The translations under genes and the position numbers were made by a program. Below, piece after piece: positions 26,128 through 37,176 of a stretch of DNA of 64,000 nt. Below the pieces are notes generated by a model. It was not told the origin of the DNA. It saw only the letters and a list, made by a program, of their open reading frames with translations, and searched no databases. The DNA is from Curvularia clavata (Eukaryota), in NCBI GenBank assembly GCA_023920165.1, contig CP089280.1, positions 1,550,001 to 1,614,000 of the forward strand, written 5' to 3'. How positions within the stretch are numbered: position 1 is the stretch's first letter; each line of letters opens with the position of its first letter.

Positions 26128-27897
26128 TCAAACAATGGCCACAGCCTGCAGATGCTCCATGCAGCTTTCCAACGGCCGCACCACATTCTTAACGATTTCA
26201 CTTCTCCAGTTCTTTTCTCTGTCAGTAACGCCTGTAAAGCACCATTTGACAGCGGTTGCATAATCTTCACCTCCTTCGCCGCTTACACTGCGGGACCACT
26301 TCAGCGCGGCCATCACGTTCAAGGCGTTTCGGGTAGTGCGATCAGCGGCTGGCGGCTGCTTCTTATATGAAGCATAGTCTTCTAACCGGGAACCAAAGCA
26401 AAGTTCTAGTAGAATGATGCCCAGTGAGTAAAAATTACATTCTTCCGTTGAATCATTAGAGACGTGAGCGTGATTGCTTGAGAAGCCCTGTCGAATAAAA
26501 GGCTCACCGTACGGCAATACGTCGGTGTCGTCATCATTGGAGGGAAAGAAGATGACATCCTCCTTGCAAAGGCCCGTCCGTAGCCAGGGTGTTGATTGGA
26601 GTTGTGCTACCGACGAAGCAACAAGAAGTGCAATTAGATAGCGTTGGCGCCGTGAGAGGGGGTTTTCGCAGTTGCGGGAAAGAAGGTGGTCAAGTGTGAT
26701 GGGGTCGGTTCTGCTGCCCTGCGATTTTCGGTTGACTGGATGAAGGTGGAACGCTTCATCGTCATGCCCAATGATACCCATACATATCCCACAGTCTTGA
26801 TCGCCCAATCGCTGACACAATTCGACGTTGTGATCAAAACCCATATCCACTTGGATTTCTGGTACAGTAGACGTGGGTGCCACGAAACCCACCCTCTTTC
26901 GATCCGAAGCTGCAGGCAATGCTACACCACCTGGCGTGGGCAAGGTTGCTTGCCGGCGACGAAGCGGCAAAGTTGTAGCGGTTCTTGTTCTCTTCTGAGA
27001 ACAACTCGGCATGTTACCACAGGTAATTTCTTTCTGGCTCCATGGAATTGTCCCATACTCTGATGGAGCAAGGAACATGAAAACAATCTTGAAACATACT
27101 TCTGTAAGTGTTCGATGCTCCAATCGCAAGTTCGCGAAATGGTAGTGTTGACAAGAGCACTGCCAAGCATCATGAAGGGCCTGGAACAGCACCTGTGATT
27201 TCTTGGAAACTTTCTTGAAAACTGACTCCAGCTCAGAAGTCTTTTTGTTGTACCCGGGTGTGACGTCTTGGAGTGCAGACACTCTGTCACTAGAGCTTAG
27301 AAGCTTCTCCAATCGCTCATTGCACTCCTTGAGCTGGCTGAACAGCTCATCCCTGATCGGCTCTCCCAGACTGAATTTTATTCGAAAAACCTCATAATCC
27401 AGCCTACCCTTGGTGGCGGAAAGCTTCGACGGCCGTGAAGAAGGCTGAGGGCTTGGCGACCGGCTGGAGCTTCTTTTTTTTGTTTCTGGTGGTGAGAGTT
27501 TATCCTGAATATTCTTTTTGTCGAAGCATAACTCTTTCTTGAGCTCTTCCGCAATCTCGTTCATTTCGGTCATGGTGTTCTGGTATGACTGATAAGACTC
27601 GTTCAACCTAGACTCCAGCCGTTGCTGCAACGCAGCATCACCCCATCTTTCGCCACATGGATCGGCAATGAGCTTCGTGACCTCGTTCGCATCCTGAATC
27701 AATGGTAACAGAAGCTCCCTAAGATTGTTCTTATATATTATCTCGTGGAACTGGATGTCGCGCTGGCATTTGGTGTACTCCTTCCGTATTCGCCAATAGA
27801 AGCCGCCGACCTTGGCCACATCACGCCAGTGTTCGATGCCGCTAATAAGTAGCGGAAAGGCACCGAGGACGATACCTGCTACTTCTAGACCACTCAT
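26128..27897 (-). CDS. 589-aa fungal protein: hydrophobic HeLo/SesA-like N-terminal helix, helical domain and degenerate kinase-like C-terminal domain
   Basis: Intronless ORF. N-terminus MSGLEVAGIVLGAFPLLISGIEHW, a central WQCSCQHYH, and C-terminal LIALLVASSVAQLQSTPWL, FYSLGIILLELCFG and YATAVKWCF, which resemble kinase C-lobe helices. No HRD or DFG is visible. Confidence 0.8.
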   Translation of the reverse strand: MSGLEVAGIVLGAFPLLISGIEHWRDVAKVGGFYWRIRKEYTKCQRDIQFHEIIYKNNLRELLLPLIQDANEVTKLIADPCGERWGDAALQQRLESRLNESYQSYQNTMTEMNEIAEELKKELCFDKKNIQDKLSPPETKKRSSSRSPSPQPSSRPSKLSATKGRLDYEVFRIKFSLGEPIRDELFSQLKECNERLEKLLSSSDRVSALQDVTPGYNKKTSELESVFKKVSKKSQVLFQALHDAWQCSCQHYHFANLRLEHRTLTEVCFKIVFMFLAPSEYGTIPWSQKEITCGNMPSCSQKRTRTATTLPLRRRQATLPTPGGVALPAASDRKRVGFVAPTSTVPEIQVDMGFDHNVELCQRLGDQDCGICMGIIGHDDEAFHLHPVNRKSQGSRTDPITLDHLLSRNCENPLSRRQRYLIALLVASSVAQLQSTPWLRTGLCKEDVIFFPSNDDDTDVLPYGEPFIRQGFSSNHAHVSNDSTEECNFYSLGIILLELCFGSRLEDYASYKKQPPAADRTTRNALNVMAALKWSRSVSGEGGEDYATAVKWCFTGVTDREKNWRSEIVKNVVRPLESCMEHLQAVAIV

Positions 27898-28145
27898 GTG
27901 GATAACAAGATGATTTTAGAATGGCAGTACTGGTGCGATAGGAATGGATGTTGGGGATAGAAGGCTGAGACGTAGAGGGAATTCCGTGTGTTCCCCGCAC
28001 TTTCCGCCCCCGAGTGCATTTTGCTGCCTTACGCCACCTCCACGCCTACACTAAATACCAAATAAGCCGTCGGATTATCCGCGTAATCACTTCTTCGTTT
28101 GCTTTAACAAAACTTCTTGAAAACCCAGAAGCTGGCCATTAAGAC
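27898..28145. promoter_or_regulatory. Probable bidirectional promoter (248 bp)
   Basis: Short gap between two divergent ATGs at 27897 (-) and 28146 (+). Confidence 0.5.
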
Positions 28146-31100
28146 ATGGCACTGTCCATATCGGACCACTGCCGCTCTTGCATCGTTTCCCTCCAAGAAG
28201 TCATCTCGATCCTTTCTCAGCCAGACCGCAGTGACCATCATGTCAAAGCGTCCCAAGTCTGTGAGGAACTTGACAGGTTCAGTCTCTTTATTGGAAATAT
28301 TGGAGCACTTCACCGACCTGAATCGCCATTATCCATCGAGTCACGGCTGCAAGATGCGAACGATGTGCTGACTCACATCTTCGGCCTCTTGACCGACTTG
28401 AACGATGTTACCGCTGAACTTCTCGACATCGTCTCCGGTAAAAGAGATGGAATGGTCACTGTCGCTGATGAGGCTGAAGAAGATGGTGAAGTCATCAGCG
28501 AAGCAAACGAACTTCGGGAAGAGATCAGCGAGACCATCACCCGGCTCTTTAGAGTTTCGATTCTTATACGACAAGCAGCACCCACTGATATCTTTGCCAA
28601 AGCTCTCAGCCGTAATCGATATCACTTCAGTGACCAATTTGACATCGCTCATGTTGGTGAAAAGTATCATAAACTTGCCACTAAGGAGTATGGCTGGCTT
28701 CGTCAACGGCTAGGAAGAGCTATCACGCAAAGGCGCCACTACCTCAGCTATGTCCAGGACCATCGTGAGAAACTAGGGGGCATACGCGATCACCAAGACG
28801 GAGCAGATGTCTCGGCCGCCAAATCTCAGGCTCCTGTCATTAAGCAGCTGCTGGATTCAAAGCCGATGCTCGATGCTGAGAGTCGTCCTTCCTTCTTCAC
28901 AAAAGCTACGACTATTGCTGCGGAACGAATCGCGCCTCAACTCCATGTTGCAGGGGATTCGGATCCAGATGAAGATGCCCGTTCGTACACAACAGTCTCT
29001 CGTTCAATTGATGGTGATCATGAGTCATCTGCCAACGTCCGCATTCCGAAGCTTGACACATTGCGCGCCGATCATAAAAACGAGTTTGAGTGCCCCTTTT
29101 GTTTTCGCATCAAAAAGTTCAAGAGCGAGCGCCTCTGGAGAAAGCATGTTTTTTCGGATCTTCGTCCATATGTCTGCACATTTCCTGAATGCGATGCACC
29201 GTATTTCGGCGACATCAACAAGTGGTTTCATCATGGGATGACCCGTCACCGGGTATCGTACAATTGTTTTCTCTGTCAGAAGGTGTACTACCATGAGGGA
29301 AAGTACCTTTCCCACCTGCGGCAGGAACATGAAGACACGTTAGATGATGGCGGCACGCAGGTAGGAATAGACCTTGCTCGCAAGCCACTCGCTCAGATTT
29401 CAGCAAGCGATTGTCCCTGCTGCTCAGACTGGGCCGGTCGTTTAGAAGAGCGAATAATCCAAACTAGTGGATCTGCGCCCACAGGAATTCTCGCTGTTAC
29501 ACCGACGGTGTTTAAACGTCACCTTGCAGCCCATCTCGAGCAACTTGCGCTTTTTGCTGTACCTATCGCAGCCGCCACAGATGATAGCAAAGACTCAAAT
29601 GCTGCAATAGAGGAAGATAGAAGCAAACGCACAAGCAAATCACAAGTTTCAGCTCTGACTTTTGCAAGTTTGCCAGGCAATCTCGATGACCCGAGCTTAG
29701 AGACGGAAAGGGATCCACCCAGGATTCCTATCTCACAAACCGATCCACAAAGCACTGAGGTTAAGAGAGAGTATGTTCCCTCTCTGCCTTCGGATTCCGG
29801 TGCAAATAGTGATCAGGAAAGCTCTGTGAAGTCTCCAATCACGCTGGAGCGAGAGGCCGAGCTTAAATCTATGATCAAAGAGAACAGAGCGGCACTCGGA
29901 CACGATCACCCCGATACGCTGGCCAGGATGACAGAGCTAGCATTGCACTATCAGGACCATGAGCGGTGGGAAGATGCGCAAAATATGCTATCTCATGTTA
30001 GAGACATCACTGAATGGACACTCGGAAACGCCCATCCGGATACGATCGTCAGCATAAAGAACCTGGTCGCATGCTATCGGGACCAAGGCAAGTTGGAAGA
30101 GGCGAGCGTGCTGCTTTTACAAGTAATAGAGATGAGCAAAATAGCCTTCGATCACGATCACCCTGATACATTACACAACATGCAAAGTCTGGCCGGAGAT
30201 TATGTGTTACAAGACCGGTGGGAGGAGGCAGCAGAGCTATACGCGCAAATTTTGGAGATAGATAAAACAAGGCCCGGACCGAAACAAGATGATGCGCTCA
30301 AAACTATGGAAAGTCTGGCGTTTGTTCTTAGTCATCAAGGGCGATGGGACGAGGCGAAGAGGATGTACAAACGGGTGATAAGAGAATATGGAGAGAGGTT
30401 TGGACGAGGCCATCAAACAACGCTTCAGACTATAGGAGTTTTTGCGGTCATGCTGAAAAGGCAGGGAGAGCTTGAAGAGGCTGCTCTTTTGCAAAGAGAG
30501 GTGTCAGTTGGGTTCAGCAGGTTGTTTGGACCTGAGGCCGAAATTACGTTGTCGAGCAAAGAGCAACTAGCGTCCATACTGGAAGAACTGGCAGAATACG
30601 ACGAGGCTATAGCCTTAAGAAGAGAAGTGGTAATAGGATATGGAAATTCACGCGGATCTGAGCATCAATATACACTGCAAGGAAAAGAGCCACTAGCGTC
30701 TCTATTAGAAGGTCAGGGAGACTACGATGAGGCCGAGACTTTGCGAAGAGAGGCGATAACAGGATACGAACGTGAGCTTGGGCCAGAGCATATCCAGACA
30801 CTTCGAAGCAAAGAAATACTGGCATCGATGCTAGAAAAACACGGAAAGCTTGACGAAGCAAAGGCTCTGTACGAAGAATTGTTGGTGACAAGCGAAATGG
30901 CATTTGGAATTGACGCTGCACGCACCATCGAATACGTAGACCAATTGGCGTCGTTGCAAAAAGACCTCGGAAAGCTCGACGAAGAGGAGGCGCTGCGTAG
31001 AGAAGTAGTGCAGCGACACCAAAGGGCTCATGGACATGAATACCCCAGAACACTCCATGCTTTGCTCAGATTGGTGGATACATTGATCAGGAATGAGAAG

Positions 31101-31775
31101 CCTAAAGAAGCAGTAACCCTGTACAAGGAGGTAATAAAGTCATACAACGAGCAGCTTGGGCCCGACCATCCAGACACACTGTTGACTATCAATAACTTGA
31201 CGTCATTATTAGCAGATCAGAGCAAGTTTAAAGAGATGGAGAATCTACTGAGAGAGCAATTAGCATTGCAAAAAAGGCAAAATGACTTTCATCATCCAGA
31301 CACAGTCGCGGGCATGGAAAAACTAGCGTCTCTTCTAGAAAAAGATGGAAGATTGAAAGAGGCCGAAGGCCTGTACAGAGAGATATTTGATATGAGAATT
31401 AGGGCCGATCTGAAATCCAAAGCATCTGAACTTAGCATGGCCACAATGGGGAGCATGAATGATTTGGTGTGGGCGCAAGAAAAGCAGGGGAACCTTGAGG
31501 CAGCGGAGAGTACATTAAAGGAGGTGATCGCGATATTGACCAATGAGCGTAGCCTATTGTGGACGGAGGATCATAAAATCCGCATCATGAGTAGGCTGAC
31601 GAGACTGCTGCACGAGCAAGGCAAGTACAAAGAGGCAGAGGATATGCGGAGACGAAGGCAGGAGATAGAGAAGAAGGTGAAACTAGAGAAGCAAGAAGAG
31701 GCAGAAGATTTGCGGAGACATATGGCGAAGATGGACGGGGAGGCGGAAGAGGACCTGCTTTCCGGCAGACAGTGA
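28146..31775 (+). CDS. 1209-aa protein: N-terminal helical domain, C2H2-type zinc fingers, about 14 kinesin-light-chain-type TPR repeats
   Basis: Intronless ORF. Finger motifs CPFC..WRKHVFSDLRPYVCTFPEC..HHGMTRH, CFLC..HLRQEH and CPCC..HLAAH. 42-aa repeats LG.DHPDTL....LA..Y..QG...EA from about nt 29890 to 31670. Confidence 0.88.
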   Translation: MALSISDHCRSCIVSLQEVISILSQPDRSDHHVKASQVCEELDRFSLFIGNIGALHRPESPLSIESRLQDANDVLTHIFGLLTDLNDVTAELLDIVSGKRDGMVTVADEAEEDGEVISEANELREEISETITRLFRVSILIRQAAPTDIFAKALSRNRYHFSDQFDIAHVGEKYHKLATKEYGWLRQRLGRAITQRRHYLSYVQDHREKLGGIRDHQDGADVSAAKSQAPVIKQLLDSKPMLDAESRPSFFTKATTIAAERIAPQLHVAGDSDPDEDARSYTTVSRSIDGDHESSANVRIPKLDTLRADHKNEFECPFCFRIKKFKSERLWRKHVFSDLRPYVCTFPECDAPYFGDINKWFHHGMTRHRVSYNCFLCQKVYYHEGKYLSHLRQEHEDTLDDGGTQVGIDLARKPLAQISASDCPCCSDWAGRLEERIIQTSGSAPTGILAVTPTVFKRHLAAHLEQLALFAVPIAAATDDSKDSNAAIEEDRSKRTSKSQVSALTFASLPGNLDDPSLETERDPPRIPISQTDPQSTEVKREYVPSLPSDSGANSDQESSVKSPITLEREAELKSMIKENRAALGHDHPDTLARMTELALHYQDHERWEDAQNMLSHVRDITEWTLGNAHPDTIVSIKNLVACYRDQGKLEEASVLLLQVIEMSKIAFDHDHPDTLHNMQSLAGDYVLQDRWEEAAELYAQILEIDKTRPGPKQDDALKTMESLAFVLSHQGRWDEAKRMYKRVIREYGERFGRGHQTTLQTIGVFAVMLKRQGELEEAALLQREVSVGFSRLFGPEAEITLSSKEQLASILEELAEYDEAIALRREVVIGYGNSRGSEHQYTLQGKEPLASLLEGQGDYDEAETLRREAITGYERELGPEHIQTLRSKEILASMLEKHGKLDEAKALYEELLVTSEMAFGIDAARTIEYVDQLASLQKDLGKLDEEEALRREVVQRHQRAHGHEYPRTLHALLRLVDTLIRNEKPKEAVTLYKEVIKSYNEQLGPDHPDTLLTINNLTSLLADQSKFKEMENLLREQLALQKRQNDFHHPDTVAGMEKLASLLEKDGRLKEAEGLYREIFDMRIRADLKSKASELSMATMGSMNDLVWAQEKQGNLEAAESTLKEVIAILTNERSLLWTEDHKIRIMSRLTRLLHEQGKYKEAEDMRRRRQEIEKKVKLEKQEEAEDLRRHMAKMDGEAEEDLLSGRQ

Positions 31776-32006
31776 ATCTGACCAAGTTCGACATGCGGCT
31801 ATCGTTGCTTTGTTGACACAAGAAACCGCATTGATAATATCTATTCGAATGTAAGCACTGGTGATAATCCATAAAGTATTGGCAAAAAAAAACAAGCATG
31901 AGCAGGTCTCAAGCCTAAGAATTTGGAGCATATCATACTTTTTGTATCCTCACTTCCAAAGCAATCCAATCAAGATCGACAGGTGACACACACAACACCA
32001 ATCCCA

Positions 32007-32882
32007 TCAAAAACTCTTCATCCTATCAAATGCATCCGCAAATTCTGTAGAATCCCAAACATCCTCATCTGCCTCATCCTCCGGAGCAAACTTACTCCCC
32101 TCATACTCCCTCTTCTCAATCCTCCCGTGCTGCCTCCCCATCTCCAAATGCAAACACGCCTTTAGTCCCTCATCCGCCTCTCCCTCCCACCCACACCCCA
32201 GACTCATCCACACTGCCACAATCGCCACGCGCTGCTCTCTCGTCTTATTCTTACCTACGACAAAGAACCCGGGCCGCCAGAAGGCCTCGTTCTGCGGGGG
32301 ATTCAGCGAAAAAGTCAACGACTCAAGGCACGGAAAGCGTTCCAGGACCGCCCGCCCACTGCGCCGGATCTCGGGCCAAAACCGGTTTTTCCAACAGTAA
32401 TTGACGTGCTCGAGACTTCGGTCAAAGATGCCGCGTGAACTGGCTTCAAGCACAATGTGCCGGACAAGCCAGCGGCGCGGGGCGAGGCCCAGCTCAAGCA
32501 GGTGCGTGGTCCAGGAGGAGAAGACGTTTGCGGAGTACAGGATGGGACTGCTTTCGGCGTTGAGCTGCCGGCAAGTGCGCATTAGGGCTACGGGAATCTG
32601 TCCGTTTACCAAGGGCTGCGGTGATGGGGGTCCGCTGCCACCGTGCGGAATGTTCATTGCGCGCGCGACGGGCCGCGCGGCAGTCGGGTCACGTGTGTAG
32701 ATGAGAAGGGCGCCTTGGATGCGGAAGGCGAAGTCGTAGACTAAGTCTCTGAGTTCGCGGGGGAGATCGAGAAAGCCGATTTTGGTTTCGTCTTGCTTGT
32801 AGGATTGGACCCATGTTGGTGTGCCATTGTTGTTTGGAGGCTGGTGTTGCGGATTAGCTGAACAAGGCAGGAAGCAATTCAT
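32007..32882 (-). CDS. Hypothetical fungal protein with F-box-like N-terminal motif
   Basis: 291-aa ORF with FLDLPRELRDLVYDFAF and ALMRTCRQLNAESSPILYSANVF. Confidence 0.75.
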   Translation of the reverse strand: MNCFLPCSANPQHQPPNNNGTPTWVQSYKQDETKIGFLDLPRELRDLVYDFAFRIQGALLIYTRDPTAARPVARAMNIPHGGSGPPSPQPLVNGQIPVALMRTCRQLNAESSPILYSANVFSSWTTHLLELGLAPRRWLVRHIVLEASSRGIFDRSLEHVNYCWKNRFWPEIRRSGRAVLERFPCLESLTFSLNPPQNEAFWRPGFFVVGKNKTREQRVAIVAVWMSLGCGWEGEADEGLKACLHLEMGRQHGRIEKREYEGSKFAPEDEADEDVWDSTEFADAFDRMKSF

Positions 32883-33294
32883 CGGTGATGTGAGTAATCA
32901 CGCACTTGGGGTGCCATTTCCGACTGGCTATCTTCCTGGACAAACAGCAGTATCAAGGAAACGGCTGAATGGATTCAGTTACGGATTGACATGGAGCGCA
33001 GAGCTGAAAACGGGCAGCACGGGATGATTTCTTGGTTACTTACAAGTAGTAAGGTTGAGCTAACTGGCTTAGGAAAGACGGGCGGCCTGAAGACGCCCTA
33101 CAGTCCCAAATTTGTGCAATAAACAAATCAAGTATTACACATTTTTACGCTAACACGCCCTTCACGACTTTCACTTGGCACTTTAGAATGCGATATAGTT
33201 GCAGTGTGTCAAGAGGTATTGATTGCCATGCTGCTGCCCATGTAACTACACCGTGTCTGAAAGATAGCCCAATACTCGCCCACATCCCTCCTCA

Positions 33295-35386
33295 TCATCC
33301 CCTCTCTAAAAAATCTTCCACCAATGCTACAGCCTGCACCTTGTCCTCTCTCTGCATCTCCCTAGATTCCTGTTTTCTCCTCTCCGACCTCCGTATCCTC
33401 TCCCTTGCTCTGTCCAACTCACGATCCACATCCCTGTGACGCTGTTCCTCTCTGGAGCTACGTCTAGTTTCTACATCATTGTGATTTATCTCGATACGGC
33501 CATGATGGCTCAGGTGGCCCCGCTCAAGGGTGTGGTCGACGTGGAAGGAAGATGAATGGGTCGTGAAATTATGGATACCGTGTCACGAGCCAGAAGACGA
33601 AGATGACAGAGACGATGAATCAAGACCAAAAGATGGGTAAGAAATGTGATCATGATGAGCTGAGAACCATCTTAGTTGATCAGCTGGTAGCCCGGGGAAT
33701 CTATACCAGCCTTGAGCTTCCAACTCCGCTCGAGCTCTGTTCACATCATTTCCAGTGCTTCGTTGGAATCGACAGCATCGAGGAAGCGTGAACGATAAGG
33801 ACCATAGTGGCTCTCTAGTTCCAGTAAGTTGGGTAGTTCCATGGTACCCTGACCGATCAAGTTATTGTGATGACAGAAAGGACTTGATCGAGCAGGGGTC
33901 CGTATGAGGAACTTGCACGCCCATGCTTTGAGATTGGAATCCAGCTCGCCCCCTCGGTATATCTCTTTAAGAACAGCCACAGGGCCTTCATACATCATGC
34001 CATATGCATCCATGCGGTCCAACGCATAGCTTTTACAATCGTCAAAGCCCATTAGCCTGCTGAGCTTGGCGAATTGCACATCGGCTAAGACGACAGCTGC
34101 TTCAGTAAATGCGCTCTGGGGTCTGATAATAGGAGGACCCTTGTAGTCAGGGTCTAGACCAGCCACCACAGTGGCAGGGGCAAAAGAACGTGGATCAGGG
34201 CGATAAGAGCCAGTGTGCAGGAACTCGAGGAAGCGCATGAACGTGTCTTCAGAGACATCCCTGTGTACTTTGAGAAAGCGAATCTCAGCTCTATCAAACG
34301 CTCTCAAGACGCTTTGAGATTGTTTGATTTCGTCTCTTTCGACGAGGACTGGTTTCTCCCGGAATAAAAACTCAACGGACCTTGCGGAAGAAACTAGGTG
34401 TGCTCGGCGTCTTTTTTTTCGAGCTTGTGGCATCGGTGGTTGTACACTTGCACTTCGAGTTTTCGGACACTGTGCGGTTGGTCGAACATTGGCTTGCAAG
34501 CCTTCCTGTAACATGTATCGACCTCACTCTCAGACGGTCCCTGAACATCGCAGTGACAGTGGCTGTGATACCACGCGTTCTTATCTTCTCGATTGGTTCC
34601 GTCTCTTCTCCAGAAGTGGTGATATTCGTCGGCAAAATGCTGGATGCCCGGCAAGCGGTGTCGATAGTCCAAACAAGCCAGCTCCTTCCCATGAGCAGCT
34701 GAGAGTCTTCTGATAGTCAGCATGATCTTGCCAAAGTGTACGCCATGGGCCAGACGCCCGTAAAAGACTTCTGTTTCCTTTTGTCCGCTGCAAGCGACGA
34801 GGAAATATGCGTGAATCATGTGATGGATTAACATGGCAACAATGTCCCTTGGTTGACCGTTCTGAAGCACATCACAATTGAGAATGATGGAGAAGCGCTT
34901 GATCTTGGGATTGGGCCGCTGCCGGTGTGTGTAGGTAATGCCCGAAACACTAGCACTTAGGCTGCTGGCATTGAGGAAGACCGCGTTCTTTAGATGTCCA
35001 GCAAACAAAAGCCGATCGAGTTTATGGAAAATGTACAAAGGAATCTCTTGGTTCAAGCCGTCCTGGTAGAGTGCTGCGGTTCGAAGACGAATGCCCCTCA
35101 GCGATGCAGCTGCATCTGCCCAACTTTGCTCCAATCGGTCGATAACGAAAGCTACTGCCCAATCCATGTTCCATCCCAGGTCCCTATCAAACCTCAGGTA
35201 CGGATCCTGTAGTTGTATTGCAGCATGTGGCAACGGCTGGTGAGCATCGCAACACCTGGAAGATAGATTCAAGTTCGATTGTGAATCTGAAAAAAAGGAC
35301 TGGGTGGGTGAGAACACTTCTTCACTAAGAAAGTCAACGCCCAACGGAAACAGCGCCAGATTTTCAGCGGGGCTCAGCGGCATCAA
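33295..35386 (-). pseudogene. Disrupted gene: SprT-like HxxxH domain, BTB-like region and charged tail
   Basis: FHKLDRLLFAGHL, LIHHMIHAYF and HGVHFGKIM in ORF 34394..35386. Frame change at the A8 run (~34412-34419) into ORF 33741..34514 (FMRFLEFLHTGSY). A second apparent shift at ~33750 restores LENDVNRARAELEAQGWY. TGA at 33583-33585 is followed by about 95 open codons. The true start is uncertain. Confidence 0.65.
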
Positions 35387-36268
35387 GATGAGATAGAATG
35401 ATGAAGTATGCCAGTAATTCTAAGAAGTAGCAGAGTGTAAGTGGGTATATGCGAGAGACTGTGCCCGTAATTATAGTCCAAAAGAGCGACACATTAATCG
35501 TGCTGAGTGGTTGCACAACCATTGCCTGTTATACTTTTCGTAGGGCATGTTCGATCACGAGGCTGTACCGATGCCCAATGGTTAGTAGTTATCGCCAGGA
35601 GGTAATGCAAACCTATTCCATGCTGCTTGCCGCGAACAATACAAAAGATGGGTCGTGGACACTCGAATACGAAGATCTTGCAGACCTTGTCGTGTTTGTG
35701 TGCTGAAGCATCAGATGGGCCAGCTTCTTCCTCAGCGGTGCGACATTCGTGTCTATTCTCGAACGGCCGAATTTGCCACGAGACCATAACGACAACGCGC
35801 ATTAGCGCAACACGGAGCTAGACAGCATATCTTGTGCTACCAGATATGGATTACTAGATCCATGGACACATTAGTACGAGGAAGGTGTAGGCACCATTCA
35901 CGTAGACCTTGACAGCTGTCGATATTAGTGTAAACTACTCTTGCAGACACGGAATGAACAGATGAGAGAAAAGGATGGTATAGTGGTTAACTAACGAAGC
36001 CCGTAACAACGCCGGTCACGGTTCCGGTCATAGAACATAACAACAGATGGGATATACAAAGCACAGAGGAGGAGCGAGGATGAATGCGCACGAAATGCTG
36101 AAGCGCCTGACTAATAGCCGAATCTCTTTCCTCCCGAGGATGTCATAACACATAAACAAAGACGGGTATTAGGCTTGTCTGGATGGTGGGCGCTTGCCAC
36201 TATGGATCCGGGTAGGACAGCGAACAGAACTCCGGACTTGTTTGCGCCGTCACCGCTAGCCCTGATGA

Positions 36269-37176
36269 TTAATAACGTGGGCGGTCGTCAGGACGACCAT
36301 ATTCGTCAACAGTCCTTCCGCTGACGGAGCCGGGGCGCGAGCCGGGACGAGAGCTGCTCCTTCCGCCGCCCTCGCCATAGTGCTTTCGCCTAAGAGCGGC
36401 TAATCGCTTCTTCTTAGTGTGGGCATTGATGTATGTACCGATGATGAAACCAATGATGTTGAAGAAGGGCACCCAGGTGGTCTCCGGGAGGAACTGCTGG
36501 GCAAAGGCCAGAGAAATGGGCGACACGATCCAGCTGACCTTCATGACGGGCCAGAAGCCTGCCTTGACGGTGGCCCGGACTTGGTGGAAGGTGCGCGCGC
36601 CGGCGATGAGAGCCATGGAGATTAGGTAGACGCTGTTCTGGATGGGCGCAATCTGGAAGGACGCGGATTAGCAGCGTTGCTGACCCAAGGTCGGGTTGTA
36701 CTCACGATCAAGTTGCTGGCGAGAATCTGCAGAATCTTGGCCTTGAGACTCTTACGGCCCTGGAAGACCTTCTGGAGCGCGCTGATCAAAACATGACCGA
36801 GGGGCGCACTGATGAAAGCGCCGTAGATGGCCATCTTGGGGACACGCGAGGTGAAGTAGTGGCCCGACTTGCTCCTGTCGTGGGCAATCCACGAGGCGAG
36901 GAACTCTTGGAGGCCAGAGAGGGTGCCCGAGGTAAGCATCTTGGTGCGCAATGGGTTGCTCTGCAACTGCTTGAGGTATGCCTGAGCAGGCGGTCAGCGG
37001 GGAGTCCAGCGAGGCGCGTCCATATGCTCAAGACTCACAGCGAGGTATCCATTGGGGCCGCCGCCCTTGGTGATGGCGTTCCCGATCTCGTGCATCAGGT
37101 CCTCGTTGCCCTTGGAGGCCGCGTCGACGGCGGCGGCCGTCGTGTGGAAGGTTTCCTTGTCGAACTTGACCGACAT
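36269..37176 (-). CDS. wsc: Mpv17/PMP22-family peroxisomal membrane protein, Woronin sorting complex protein
   Basis: GYLA|AYLKQLQSNPLRTKMLTSG, YFTSRVPKMAIYGAFISAPLGH, ARTFHQVRATVKAGFWPVMKVSW and WVPFFNIIGFIIGTYINAHTKKKRL. Two introns, ~37038-36982 and ~36705-36653. Confidence 0.85.
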
